A stretch of DNA of 64,000 nt from Candidatus Marinacidobacterales bacterium (GTDB lineage: Bacteria > Acidobacteriota > Vicinamibacteria > Marinacidobacterales > SMYC01). The position numbers were made by a program, and so were the translations under genes. The DNA lies in assembly GCA_965237955.1 (NCBI GenBank), contig OZ250169.1, positions 4,384,001-4,448,000 of the forward strand, read 5' to 3'. A model generated the notes under the pieces. The model was not told where the DNA came from. It worked only from the letters and a program-made list of their open reading frames with translations, and searched no databases. Each line of letters opens with the position of its first letter. Position 1 is the stretch's first letter. Below are positions 22,026-31,625 of the stretch, in pieces.

Positions 22026-22483
22026 TTCTGCAAGTGCTAGCGGAAGCGGGAAGCCTCGCTCCGAATGCGGGAAAGACGCTCTACGTGTTTCGCCAGACGC
22101 CCGACGGGCGAAGCGCACGGCTCACCGTGCCCTTGAACGAGTTGCTTCTGCAGGGCGATCCCCGGTGGAACATCGCTCTGATCCCCGGTGACGTCGTGAG
22201 CGTTCCCCCGGAACAAGCCATCGCCGTTTCAGTGCTCGGCGCAGTCAACTCTCCGGGCGTCCACAAACTTCCCGTCGGTGACGAAGCGACGCTACTGAAA
22301 GCAATCGCTCTGGCGGGAGGCCTCAACGAGCGCGCCTCCAAAAAGGGGCTCCAGATCAAACGCCGCGTCCGCGACGGCGACACGGCCATCAAAGTGAACC
22401 TCGGCGACATCCTCTCGGGAAAAGTGCCGGACGTGATTCTCGTCGAAGGCGACGTCGTCGTGGTCAACGAGAGTTTCTTCTAA
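22026..22483 (+). pseudogene. Polysaccharide export (Wza-like, SLBB domain) protein, 5' truncated by ISL3
   Basis: LQVLAEAGSL, LIPGDVVSVP, VSVLGAVNSPG, AIALAGG, GDVVVVNESFF; begins exactly at the IS end. Confidence 0.85.
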
Positions 22484-22757
22484 GAGTTGTACGATGAGTA
22501 TCACTCGCATTAATCTCGCCCTCGTCCGCCGCCCGGTGAGCCCGGTGAGAATCAGCCGAGCGAGCCGTCTCGGCTTCCCGAAGCCAACTTGAGGCGGCTC
22601 CGGCACGCGTTCGCTTCCGAAGAGTACACCGACGATCTGCAACCGTACCTCGAGCGCGCGCTCGCACAAGCGCCTTCCTGCCTTCCTGACCGAAAACAGT
22701 ACCCAATTTCCTGGGGCTTGACGGCGAAGTAGCGGTTCCTCTACGCTCGTCGCATTC

Positions 22758-23810
22758 ATGACATCGTTACCCGACGGAAAGCTCCCCAATAAGCTGCTAA
22801 AGGAGCTGTTGTCGAGACTCTCGTTCGATGACGTCAGCATCAAGGTAGGCCCCGCTCCCGGTGAAGATGCTGCGGCGATCGATCGCGGCGACCACTACCT
22901 GCTGCTTGCCGCCGACCCGATCACGTTCCTGCCGAAACGTATCGGCTGGTACGCGGTTCAGGTCAACGCCAACGATATCGCAGCGATGGGTGGCAAGCCC
23001 CAGTATTTCCTGTCGACGATCTTGCTGCCCTCGGGCAAGGCAACGGACGAGATGGTGCGTGAGATCCTCACTGACATCGCGAGTGCGTGCCGCGAGATTG
23101 GTTGTCTCGCCGTAGGAGGCCACACCGAGGTCACCGGTGGCATCGACCGACCCATCGTGGCGGGCGCCATGGTCGGCGAAGTCGAGCGCGAACGGCTCAT
23201 CACCTCGAGCGGTGCTCGTCCCGGCGACATGTTGCTGCTAACGAAGGGCGTCGCGATCGAAGCGACCGCGATCCTGGCCGAAGAGCGCGCCGACGAGATC
23301 CGCGCGGAGTTCGGCGAGGCATTTCTCGACAAAGCGGCTCGCTTTCTCGACGATCCCGGTCTTTCTGTTGTCCCCGATGCGCGCGCGGCCGCAGATGCGG
23401 GCGGCGTCACCGCGATGCACGACGTCACCGAGGGCGGCGTGGCTACCGCCCTGTGGGAGATGGCGGATGCGTCGGGCGTCGGGCTCGTCGTCAGCGAGTC
23501 GGAGATACCGCGTTTTTGGGAGTCCTCCCAGCTTGCCGAGCGATTTCGATTCAATCTCTTGGGAGCGATCGGCTCGGGGGCGCTCGTTCTGACCGTCGGC
23601 GAGCCGGACACCGAGGGCGTTCTCGAAAGCCTCGAAGAGCAAGGTGTCGAGGCGTTCGTGATCGGGCGGGCCGTAGAACGAGACCACGGCGTGAAAATGC
23701 TCCGGGGGCAAGAGCGAGTAGAGCTCCCTCGTTTCGTCACCGACGAAATCTCGAGAGTTCTCCGCACCAATGAAGCCAATGCAGAACGCCACGAAAGTGA
23801 AGAACGTTGA
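22758..23810 (+). CDS. AIR synthase-related (HypE/ThiL-like) family protein
   Basis: GPAPGEDAA, ADPIT, NANDIAAMG, VGGHTE, MHDVTEGG. Confidence 0.9.
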   Translation: MTSLPDGKLPNKLLKELLSRLSFDDVSIKVGPAPGEDAAAIDRGDHYLLLAADPITFLPKRIGWYAVQVNANDIAAMGGKPQYFLSTILLPSGKATDEMVREILTDIASACREIGCLAVGGHTEVTGGIDRPIVAGAMVGEVERERLITSSGARPGDMLLLTKGVAIEATAILAEERADEIRAEFGEAFLDKAARFLDDPGLSVVPDARAAADAGGVTAMHDVTEGGVATALWEMADASGVGLVVSESEIPRFWESSQLAERFRFNLLGAIGSGALVLTVGEPDTEGVLESLEEQGVEAFVIGRAVERDHGVKMLRGQERVELPRFVTDEISRVLRTNEANAERHESEER

Positions 23811-23835
23811 CGCCGGTATGACTGAGGTCATGTAG

Positions 23836-26382
23836 TTGCGTCGACTCCGGCGCCTCGCACCGCTTGTTGCTCTCGTCGTCCTCCCGTTCGCGTTGCACTG
23901 GAAGCTCTTCGCGCTCGATCCCGGAGACCGCAAGATCTTTCGCGGCGATTTCCTGAACCAACATTTCGTGTGGAAGAGCTATGCGCTCTCTCGAGTGGCG
24001 TCCGGCGAGCTCCCGCTGTGGAACCCCCATGTTCTAGGCGGCGTCGCCATCCACGCCAACCCGCAGGTCGCGATCTTCTACCCGCCGACGTATCTCCTCC
24101 TGCCGTTCCAAGTCGATGGCCGCGTGAACTACATCGCTCTCGAGGCGTACCAGCTCGGCCACCAGGTATTCGCCGGCCTCGGCATGTGGCTTCTCATGCG
24201 TTCGTTCGGCGTTTCCACTCTGGGCGCGTTCTTCGCCGCACTCGTTTACACGTTCACCGGGTTCTTCACGACACCGGGGCACCATGCCATCGTCCTCACC
24301 GCTAGTTGGATTCCGTGGACGCTGTACGCAGTCAAAAAGGCGATGCTCGGGACAGGCACCGTTTCCATCGGGGTGGCATCCCTCACCCTCGCCGGGATGA
24401 TTCTCGCGGGGCACCCGCAAGTCGCCTACTACGGAATCGTACTCGCGAGTACTTTCGCGCTCGCCACCGGCGGCTTCAAGAGAACGTTGACGCGATTCGC
24501 TCCCGCAGCGGTGTTGGCCGTGGGCATCAGCGCCGTCCAACTTCTCCCGACGTATCAGCTCGCCGCTGACTCCTCCCGGGCGGAGCTCGGCTACGAGTAC
24601 TCGTCATCGTTCGCGTTTTCACCGTACTTTCTTGCGTCGGCGTTCGTTCCGCGTGGACAAGTCGGACTCCCCGGCCAGATCGATGCGGCGCCGCTGCATT
24701 TCTACGTAGGCATCGGAACGCTCCTACTCGCCGCTATCGGTCTCACGCTCGCGCGCGAGCGATGGCGCTTGTTCTTTGCCGCATCCGCTCTCGTTGCACT
24801 CTTTCTTTCGTTCGGGCGCGACTCACCGCTGTTCGACTGGTTCTACGCCGGCGTTCCCGGTTTCGAGAAGTTCCGCGTTCCCTACCGCCTTCTCGGCGTC
24901 TACACGTTGGGGATGGCGGTATTGGCGGGGCTCGGTGTTCAAGTGCTCGAAGACAGAAGCCGCAAGACCCGGGTGCGTCTACGGGGAATCCTCAAAACGG
25001 CGTGGGTCACGCTCGCGCTCTTAGCCGCGTGGGCAGCTTACCTTCACACTCGGGTCGTGCAGCCGGGTGCGTTGGAGCCTGCGCAAATGGAGCGGCTCGT
25101 CGGCGGCGCGTACTGGGCGGTTCTTCTGGGCACGCTGAACGTCGTCTTGCTCGTCATGGTGTTGTGGCGTCCCAAGGAACGCTGGGTCATTCCCATGATC
25201 GCCGTCGTCGCCGTTTTTGATCTCGGTGCGTTCGTAAAGGATCGCGGCGAGCGTCCGTACCGAAGCCTTGCCCGCGCGCAAGAGCGAGCGGTGCACCGCA
25301 TCGTTCGCGCTCAAGGTTACCGGAGCCGCTACGTTTCCGAGTCTAACCTCGAGAACTACGCGATGATCCACGGCGTAGACTTCGCGGGAGGCCATGCCGC
25401 GCTAATAGACGCGCGCTATGCCGAGCTTCTCGATTTGAGTCACTCGAGCGCCAACGCGCTCGCTCTCCTCAACGCCAAGTTCATCGCACGCGGCGCCGCT
25501 GCGACGAACTATCCATGGTGCGGTGCACGTTTCGCGTCACCGCGCCCGCTTCTCGACATTTCTCCCGAGATCGCGCCCGCTAAGATTCGGCTGATCCCGG
25601 CGGTAACGGCGTCGAGCTTTCGGCTCGACTGGCAACCACTCGATGGATCCGCGCTCGGTGAAGTCGAGCTACGCGGTGTCCGGCACCGTCTCGAACCGGA
25701 TCGTCCGCTCGATGTGCGCTTCGACGAGCCCACGCTCATCGATAGCTTCACCGTCCGGGTCGATCCCGGAAGCGGCGGTGTCCGGCTCGACGCGATCGAA
25801 GTCGACCTCAACCCGCTCGGGCTCAAGGCCGACTTCCTTTCCCTGGACAACGTGAACGTGAAAATCAACTTGCACGCCTTGCCGCGCACGTACTTTACCG
25901 TGCCGTCGCCGGTCCCGAACGAGCTTCAGACCCTCGAGAGCCTCGAGTGCTGGAGCGTGCACCAAGGAGTTCAAGTCCAGAATCCCGAGACCGGCGAAGG
26001 CGCGTCGGGCTTTTTCCGCAAGAACGCCGCCGAGCTCACGCGCTACGAGCCCGAGCTCGTCGAGCTCGAGACGAGCTCGCCGCGGGATGGCTTTGCGGTG
26101 CTTACCGATACGTTCCGCCCCGGCTGGGTCGCGGAGGTCGATGGCGTGGCAAGTCCGGTCTTGCGGGCTCAGTGGGCGATGCGCGCGGTGGCGGTGCCGG
26201 CGGGCGAGCACGTCGTAACGTTCCGCTATCAGCCTCCGTCGCTCCGAACCGGAGCTGCCACGACTGCAGCGTCCTCGTTCATCACGTTAGGCCTCCTGGC
26301 TTTTCCCTGGTTTCCTTGGCGGCCCAGAAAACACGGGCAAGACGGCCCGCCACCGGACGATGACTTCGTCCACGAACGTTGA
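23836..26382 (+). CDS. YfhO family polytopic membrane protein (putative GT-C glycosyltransferase)
   Basis: GELPLWNP..GG, LAGHPQ, QLLP, FRVPYR, C-terminal PGWVAEVDG...RAVAVPAGEHVVTFRYQP. Confidence 0.88.
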   Translation: MRRLRRLAPLVALVVLPFALHWKLFALDPGDRKIFRGDFLNQHFVWKSYALSRVASGELPLWNPHVLGGVAIHANPQVAIFYPPTYLLLPFQVDGRVNYIALEAYQLGHQVFAGLGMWLLMRSFGVSTLGAFFAALVYTFTGFFTTPGHHAIVLTASWIPWTLYAVKKAMLGTGTVSIGVASLTLAGMILAGHPQVAYYGIVLASTFALATGGFKRTLTRFAPAAVLAVGISAVQLLPTYQLAADSSRAELGYEYSSSFAFSPYFLASAFVPRGQVGLPGQIDAAPLHFYVGIGTLLLAAIGLTLARERWRLFFAASALVALFLSFGRDSPLFDWFYAGVPGFEKFRVPYRLLGVYTLGMAVLAGLGVQVLEDRSRKTRVRLRGILKTAWVTLALLAAWAAYLHTRVVQPGALEPAQMERLVGGAYWAVLLGTLNVVLLVMVLWRPKERWVIPMIAVVAVFDLGAFVKDRGERPYRSLARAQERAVHRIVRAQGYRSRYVSESNLENYAMIHGVDFAGGHAALIDARYAELLDLSHSSANALALLNAKFIARGAAATNYPWCGARFASPRPLLDISPEIAPAKIRLIPAVTASSFRLDWQPLDGSALGEVELRGVRHRLEPDRPLDVRFDEPTLIDSFTVRVDPGSGGVRLDAIEVDLNPLGLKADFLSLDNVNVKINLHALPRTYFTVPSPVPNELQTLESLECWSVHQGVQVQNPETGEGASGFFRKNAAELTRYEPELVELETSSPRDGFAVLTDTFRPGWVAEVDGVASPVLRAQWAMRAVAVPAGEHVVTFRYQPPSLRTGAATTAASSFITLGLLAFPWFPWRPRKHGQDGPPPDDDFVHER

Positions 26383-26404
26383 CGCCGTGCCCACGTCGAG
26401 AGAT

Positions 26405-26479
26405 CGGTAAGAGCGGCAGAAAGGCAGGAAGGCAGGAAAAAGACCTGGCGTTTCTGCTCTTCCCGAGTTCCCGTGCTCC
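26405..26479. repeat. Degenerate inverted array of 8-bp units (GGCAGGAA-like)
   Basis: GGCAGAAA GGCAGGAA GGCAGGAA followed by TTTCTGCT CTTCCCGA GTTCCCGT. Confidence 0.55.
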
Positions 26480-26619
26480 AAACTGCTCGGTGCCCGGCTT
26501 CCTGGCCTGGGGGGTTGATCCCTCGAAACGACAAAAAGCGTCACCTGAAGGCCGTTTCATTTCTTAACGTTTTTCTTCCGCTAGACCTTTGTTTACAACA
26601 CTTAACGGCCGAGCAGGAC

Positions 26620-26635
26620 TGGTCCGGATATTGCT
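26620..26635 (+). promoter_or_regulatory. Putative sigma-54 (-24/-12) promoter
   Basis: TGGTCCGGATATTGCT has GG-N10-GC spacing and TTGCT; 30 nt before the start codon, with GGAGG SD between; AT-rich upstream. Confidence 0.55.
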
Positions 26636-26665
26636 AGTTTTACCGCCGGAGGATTCCCCCTCAAA

Positions 26666-28408
26666 TTGGCCACCGAGAAAGCACTGTCAGAACGACTCGT
26701 TCCCGAAGGGTCCGAAGCGCCCGAAGCTCCGGAGGTCGCACGTCAGGCCGCGGTTCGCGAGCTGATGCGCTTGCTCGTGAAAGCACAGAAGGCGCAGCGG
26801 CTCTATGACCGCAAGAACGCGATCTCAGAGAAACTCGAGACGGACCTCTTCAATCGCTTGTCGCACTTCCTCGAGAGCGATGGCGCCATCAATCTGGTCG
26901 TGCTCGAGTTCCACCTCAAGTTCGAGGACGACGTTGTCTACGACAGCCAGGACCGAAATGACAGCCTCGCGTTCCTGCTCTACCGCGACGGGGTACGACG
27001 TCTGAGTTTTCATCCCGGGCTCGAGCCCGAAGAGCTGCAAGCGTTCCTGACCTGTCTCAATCGGGTAGCGGTGCTCGCAAACGAACAGGACGATCTGGTG
27101 ACGCTTTTTTGGGAGCAAGATTTCCATGGGATCCGCTACTTCGCCATCGAGGAGCTCTCGACCGGCGATACCTACCCCCGCCTGGAGGAACAGCTCGCGA
27201 CCGAAGATCTCTCGTGCGAAGGCGCCGAAGGTCGAGCCGAAGGCGTCAGCCTCGATCTCGAGCAGCCGGTAAGCACCGTTCCCGTCGAGGCGTGCCGCCT
27301 CGATGACGCCGAGCTCGAGGCACTACGAGCCGAGCTCGCAAGCGAAGTCGCGATGCCCTTCCAACACGTCGTGACCGAGCTTGCGATCGAGCTCACCTTC
27401 CTCGAAGAAAACGAAGACGAGAGAGCCGAGCTCATCAGAAACCTCGTCGCAATCAGCGATCGCCTCATCGCCGACGGAGATCTCGAAGAGCTCGCGGCGA
27501 TGGAAGAGCATCTGGACGGCCTCGCAACGATGGTCTTTCGCGACGACGAGCGCGTGAGAAACCTGGCGGCGACATTTCTGAAACACCTGTCGGAGCCGGC
27601 GAGAGTCGAAGCGTTTCTCGGTAAAGTCGATGAACATCACGCGCCCAAACCCGAGGTCCTCACCGCGTATCTCGCTCGGATGGGAAACGAATGCACGCCC
27701 ACGCTTCTGAAGTGGATGGGCCGGCTTTCTTCGTCAGCGTATCGACGCGCGGTGACGAACGCGCTTCTGGTCTCGGAGGACGGCGGGGTGGCCGCGCTCG
27801 CCGACAACCTTCCACTAGGCGCGCCGGGTGCGAGCCGGAACGAGCAGTTGGAGCATCGGCAGTTCGTCCGTGAGCTGCTACACGCGATATCGCAGCACCC
27901 GGGAGAGCGCGCGTTACCCGTGCTCGAGCGGATACTCCACGCCCACGATCCGGAGACACGCCGCGAGAGTTTCGTTGCCATCAGCCGCTATCCTGAGGAT
28001 AGCGTCGACGCGCTCTTGTTGGACCGGCTTTCGGACCGCGATCCGGAAATACGAGCCACCGCCCTCGATACTGTGGTACGTCGAGGTAAAAAGGAGCTCG
28101 GGCAGCAAGCGCTCAACCGCTTGCTCGGCACGAGCGGATTGGCGGAGCAGAGCTCCAACGAGAAGCGCCGCTTTTTTGCGGCCGTGGCGAAGTTGTGTGG
28201 CGAGTCGGTACTCGATCAGTTGGGTGGTGAGCTCACTGGCAAGGAAGATCGCTGGTTCACATCAAGGAAAGACAAAGAGCTCGCCGAAGCAGTGAGTCAC
28301 GGGATCCGAATGATCGGAACCGATGCCGCCCTCGCGTTCCTCGAACGCCTCGCCGGCGACGGAGCGCGCTTCGTGAAAGCCGCGTGCGCGAAGGAGCTCG
28401 GGCGATGA
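26666..28408 (+). CDS. HEAT repeat-containing protein
   Basis: LYRDGVRRLSFHPG..DDLVTLFWEQDF N-domain; HEAT-like repeats HDPETRRE, DRDPEIRATAL. Confidence 0.85.
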   Translation: MATEKALSERLVPEGSEAPEAPEVARQAAVRELMRLLVKAQKAQRLYDRKNAISEKLETDLFNRLSHFLESDGAINLVVLEFHLKFEDDVVYDSQDRNDSLAFLLYRDGVRRLSFHPGLEPEELQAFLTCLNRVAVLANEQDDLVTLFWEQDFHGIRYFAIEELSTGDTYPRLEEQLATEDLSCEGAEGRAEGVSLDLEQPVSTVPVEACRLDDAELEALRAELASEVAMPFQHVVTELAIELTFLEENEDERAELIRNLVAISDRLIADGDLEELAAMEEHLDGLATMVFRDDERVRNLAATFLKHLSEPARVEAFLGKVDEHHAPKPEVLTAYLARMGNECTPTLLKWMGRLSSSAYRRAVTNALLVSEDGGVAALADNLPLGAPGASRNEQLEHRQFVRELLHAISQHPGERALPVLERILHAHDPETRRESFVAISRYPEDSVDALLLDRLSDRDPEIRATALDTVVRRGKKELGQQALNRLLGTSGLAEQSSNEKRRFFAAVAKLCGESVLDQLGGELTGKEDRWFTSRKDKELAEAVSHGIRMIGTDAALAFLERLAGDGARFVKAACAKELGR

Positions 28409-29889
28409 GCTTGGCTCTCGCCATGGAAACGTCGGCAACCGCCATGGATAGTCGCGTGTTCGTCGAGCGCTCGCGCGACGCGCTTCAGCAACTCGCGGTC
28501 CTCATCCGCAACTCCTATCTCCACGACCTCGGCAACCAGGTTTTCGAAGAGCCGCTAGCGAAGCTCGAACAAGTCCTCGGGCGCCTGCTCCAGGCCGAAG
28601 GGCGGTTTCGACTCGAGCGTGGAGGGGAAGAGTTCTTCGCCAACGGCGTGCGGCTGCGGATGGAGATCAGGACCCTACACGCTTACAAATACGTTCTGAC
28701 CGAGTTTCAAAAGCGCGACATGGGCGGGATCGCGTTCGAATCCAAGCCGACCGTCGCGACCCTGAGCGGACTCCTCGAGGTGCTGTCGCGCCACCGTGGC
28801 TCCGATGCGGATGACGAGTCGGCTCCGCACGGGCTCGCCGTGATCGACATCCTCAACGGGGCGCTCTCCGAGCGCGGCATCACCAGCATCAAGCTCCTCG
28901 ACCTTCGGGAGGAGACGCCGGTTCCTGACGACGAGGCTCGCGCCCCGGATCGGCGAGAACGTGCCGTGAACGCGTATCAACAAGCGCTCGATTTCATCCG
29001 CGACTCGATGCTAAGCATCGACTCGCCTGCTCAAGTCAACCTTAGAAAAGCCAAGCGGACCGTTCAAAAACTCGTCGATCTGAGTTACGAAGAAGGCGGT
29101 GGCTTCTCGCTCGCGGGAATGGCGTCGATCAAACAACACGACGACTATACCTTCAACCACATGGTGAACGTTTGCGTTCTCGCCATTGCCTTCGGTCAAC
29201 GCCTCGGTCTGAGGCGGCAAGATCTTGCGCAGCTCGGGCTGTGCGCGCTATATCACGACATGGGAAAGCTCCACATTCCCCTCGACGTTCTGAACAACCA
29301 CACCAATCTGTCCGAAAAAGAGTGGGCGGTGATGGGCAATCACACGGTGTTCGCCGCGCGAACCCTCTTTCCGCTGATCGAGATCGATCGGGGAACGGTG
29401 AACCGCATCCTCACCGCACTCCAACATCACCTCCGCTTCGATGGCACCGGCTATCCCCGGCTTCGTATTCGGACGACGCAGAGTCTCTACGCCCGGATTA
29501 CCGCGATCGTGGACACCTTCGACGCGATGACGACGAAGCGGATCTATCAACGCCAATATCTTCCCGACGAGGCGATTGCCCTCATGCACCGCTTCGCCGG
29601 TGAGCGCTACGACCCCCTTCTCGTCAAAGCGTTCGTCAACTGCATGGGAATCTATCCGATTGGCTCGACGGTCGCGCTCTCGACGGGAGAGCTCGCTGTC
29701 GTCGTCGAATCCAATCCCGACCCCGAACACATCCATCAACCCAAAGTTCGTATTGTGACGGACAACACCCGGCAAACGGTGCCGGCGCTTCTCGCCGATC
29801 TGTCCCATCCTGACCACAAGGGACGGGCGATCCGGCACTGCGTCGACCCGGAAAAGTACGGCTTCAACAGCGCACACTATGTCCTCTAG
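28405..29889 (+). CDS. HD-GYP domain cyclic-dinucleotide phosphodiesterase
   Basis: [46 protein letters not shown]; ATGA overlap with the HEAT gene. Confidence 0.93.
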   Translation: MSLALAMETSATAMDSRVFVERSRDALQQLAVLIRNSYLHDLGNQVFEEPLAKLEQVLGRLLQAEGRFRLERGGEEFFANGVRLRMEIRTLHAYKYVLTEFQKRDMGGIAFESKPTVATLSGLLEVLSRHRGSDADDESAPHGLAVIDILNGALSERGITSIKLLDLREETPVPDDEARAPDRRERAVNAYQQALDFIRDSMLSIDSPAQVNLRKAKRTVQKLVDLSYEEGGGFSLAGMASIKQHDDYTFNHMVNVCVLAIAFGQRLGLRRQDLAQLGLCALYHDMGKLHIPLDVLNNHTNLSEKEWAVMGNHTVFAARTLFPLIEIDRGTVNRILTALQHHLRFDGTGYPRLRIRTTQSLYARITAIVDTFDAMTTKRIYQRQYLPDEAIALMHRFAGERYDPLLVKAFVNCMGIYPIGSTVALSTGELAVVVESNPDPEHIHQPKVRIVTDNTRQTVPALLADLSHPDHKGRAIRHCVDPEKYGFNSAHYVL

Positions 29890-30205
29890 GAAGAAATCCT
29901 CATCGCAGTCGATCGACCGGCGCTCGCATCGTCCCATCCTATGGATTGGCGGCCGCGGGCTCCCGAGTGGATCGGTGGGCACGCAACTCGTTGCACTCGG
30001 GTATCCCCTTCACTGGGAGCCGCCGTCGATGAACGCGGCGCGCTCCGTGGCAACCCTGCACCCGGTGTTGGTCATCATCGGGTCGGAGAGGATCACCGAC
30101 TCGCTCAAGGGGTTCTTGTTCACCCTGTCGCAGCTCAGAACCACGATCGACATGGTCGTGTTTCAGGTGCGAAAGAGGGAGCCGCGACACGCAGTTTCCG
30201 GTGTC
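29879..30205 (+). pseudogene. Truncated hypothetical (receiver-like) gene fused to an IS630 remnant
   Basis: Overlaps the HD-GYP stop; alpha/beta pattern; switches to transposase sequence at GTCGACGA. Confidence 0.5.
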
Positions 30206-30802
30206 GACGACGAGAAATCGCAGATTCAAGCGCTCGAGCGTGCTCAACCTGTCCTGCCCATGAGCTTGGGCCAGCCCGAGCGACAAACCCACGACTACAT
30301 TCGGCATGGAACGACTGACCTGTTTGCCGCACTCGACGCCCAACAGGTGAAGTCTTCGGAAAGTGCTACGCGCGACATCGAGCGCTAGAGTTCAAGAAGT
30401 TCCTCGCTGAGATCGAAGCAGCCGTTCCCAGCGAGTTGGACATCCACGTCGTGCTCGACAATCTCGCCACGCACAAGACACCGGCGATCAAACGCTGGCT
30501 TTCCAAGCGACCTCGGTTCCACTTTCACTTCACACCGACACACGCCTCTTGGCTCAACTTCGCTGAGCGCTTCTTTGGCTTGCTCACCGAACACGCCTTG
30601 CGACGAGGCTCGCACACGAGCGTGCCTCAGCTCCGCCGTTGCGATACAAGACTATCTCGATGCTCACAACGAGAACCCAAAGCCGTTCAAGTGGACGAAA
30701 TCCGCCGACCAAATCCTCGAAACCATCGCTCGGTTCGCCCAGCGAACGCTCGATACACATGGCAAATCGAATTTGGACAGTAATTAAAGATCCAGGGGAC
30801 TA
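30203..30802 (+). mobile_element. IS630 family remnant (3' half, frameshifted) with right end
   Basis: [61 protein letters not shown]; ends GATCCAGGGGAC-TA. Confidence 0.92.
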
Positions 30803-30931
30803 GTCCCCTGGATCTTTGATTACTATACAAAGTTAGGCTTTTCGCCAGCCCATAAGATTCATAAGATTCATGCACTTAGAATGGTTTCGGCAAGCTCTGC
30901 TTTGTCTAGTTTGTTCTGATACAGGGGACTA
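30801..30931. mobile_element. MITE-like non-autonomous IS630 derivative (~130 bp)
   Basis: TA-GTCCCCTGGATC ... GATACAGGGGAC-TA inverted ends match the IS630 end; TA on both sides; AT-rich interior without a transposase. Confidence 0.75.
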
Positions 30932-31146
30932 GAGGTAAATGTTCGCGTAAGCCACTGCCAATATTAGCTTTACATGACTCGGCTCCCCGGACCCAACCAC
31001 GTTTGCGTCCGGCGTATTGCGCCGAATGGGAACAAGTCGGTGTTCCAGCGGAACAAGAACAAGGCGAAGCGCTGGTCGTCGGCGGCCCTGAAAGTTTGCC
31101 CCGTCGGAAAATTCGTACTAGCATCGACCAGGAGGACAACTACAAC

Positions 31147-31611
31147 GTGCGCTTTCGAACACCTATGGTTCTTCTAGCCATCGTCGCCGTAACCATCCTA
31201 TGGGGCTGCACCGGACGCACTACCCCAACGTTCCCCGATGCCGATTTCTTCGCGGGGGAAGGCTCGCCCTTCGTCCTTCGTCTGGGTGACACGGTCGCGG
31301 TCCAGACGCCGAGCACCACCGTCATCGTGCAAATGAGCGACGTGCTCGGGGATACTCGATGCCCCGAGAACGTCACGTGCGTCGAGGCGGGTCACGTCAC
31401 TCTCAGGCTCGCCGTCCAGACGGCGTTAGCCGTTCAGGACGTGGAGGTCGAGGTACCGCCCGAAGGAACGGTGCAAGTGATCGTCGAGGAGGTTACCGTC
31501 GACATCCTCGAAGTGCGCCCGGCTGCCCAAGAGGGCGTAACCATCGAGATACTCGACTACCAGTTCTTGATGAGCGTGGCCGAGACCGGCGACATCGGAA
31601 TCCCTCAATAG
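31147..31611 (+). CDS. Hypothetical lipoprotein
   Basis: AGGAGG SD, signal peptide with lipobox LWGC, DTRCPENVTCVEAG Cys pair. Confidence 0.75.
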   Translation: MRFRTPMVLLAIVAVTILWGCTGRTTPTFPDADFFAGEGSPFVLRLGDTVAVQTPSTTVIVQMSDVLGDTRCPENVTCVEAGHVTLRLAVQTALAVQDVEVEVPPEGTVQVIVEEVTVDILEVRPAAQEGVTIEILDYQFLMSVAETGDIGIPQ

Positions 31612-31625
31612 CCGAGAAACGAACG

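Noticed and set aside
22758-23810. hypE / hydrogenase maturation call
   Set aside because: Lacks the C-terminal PRIC motif and there are no hydrogenase genes nearby.
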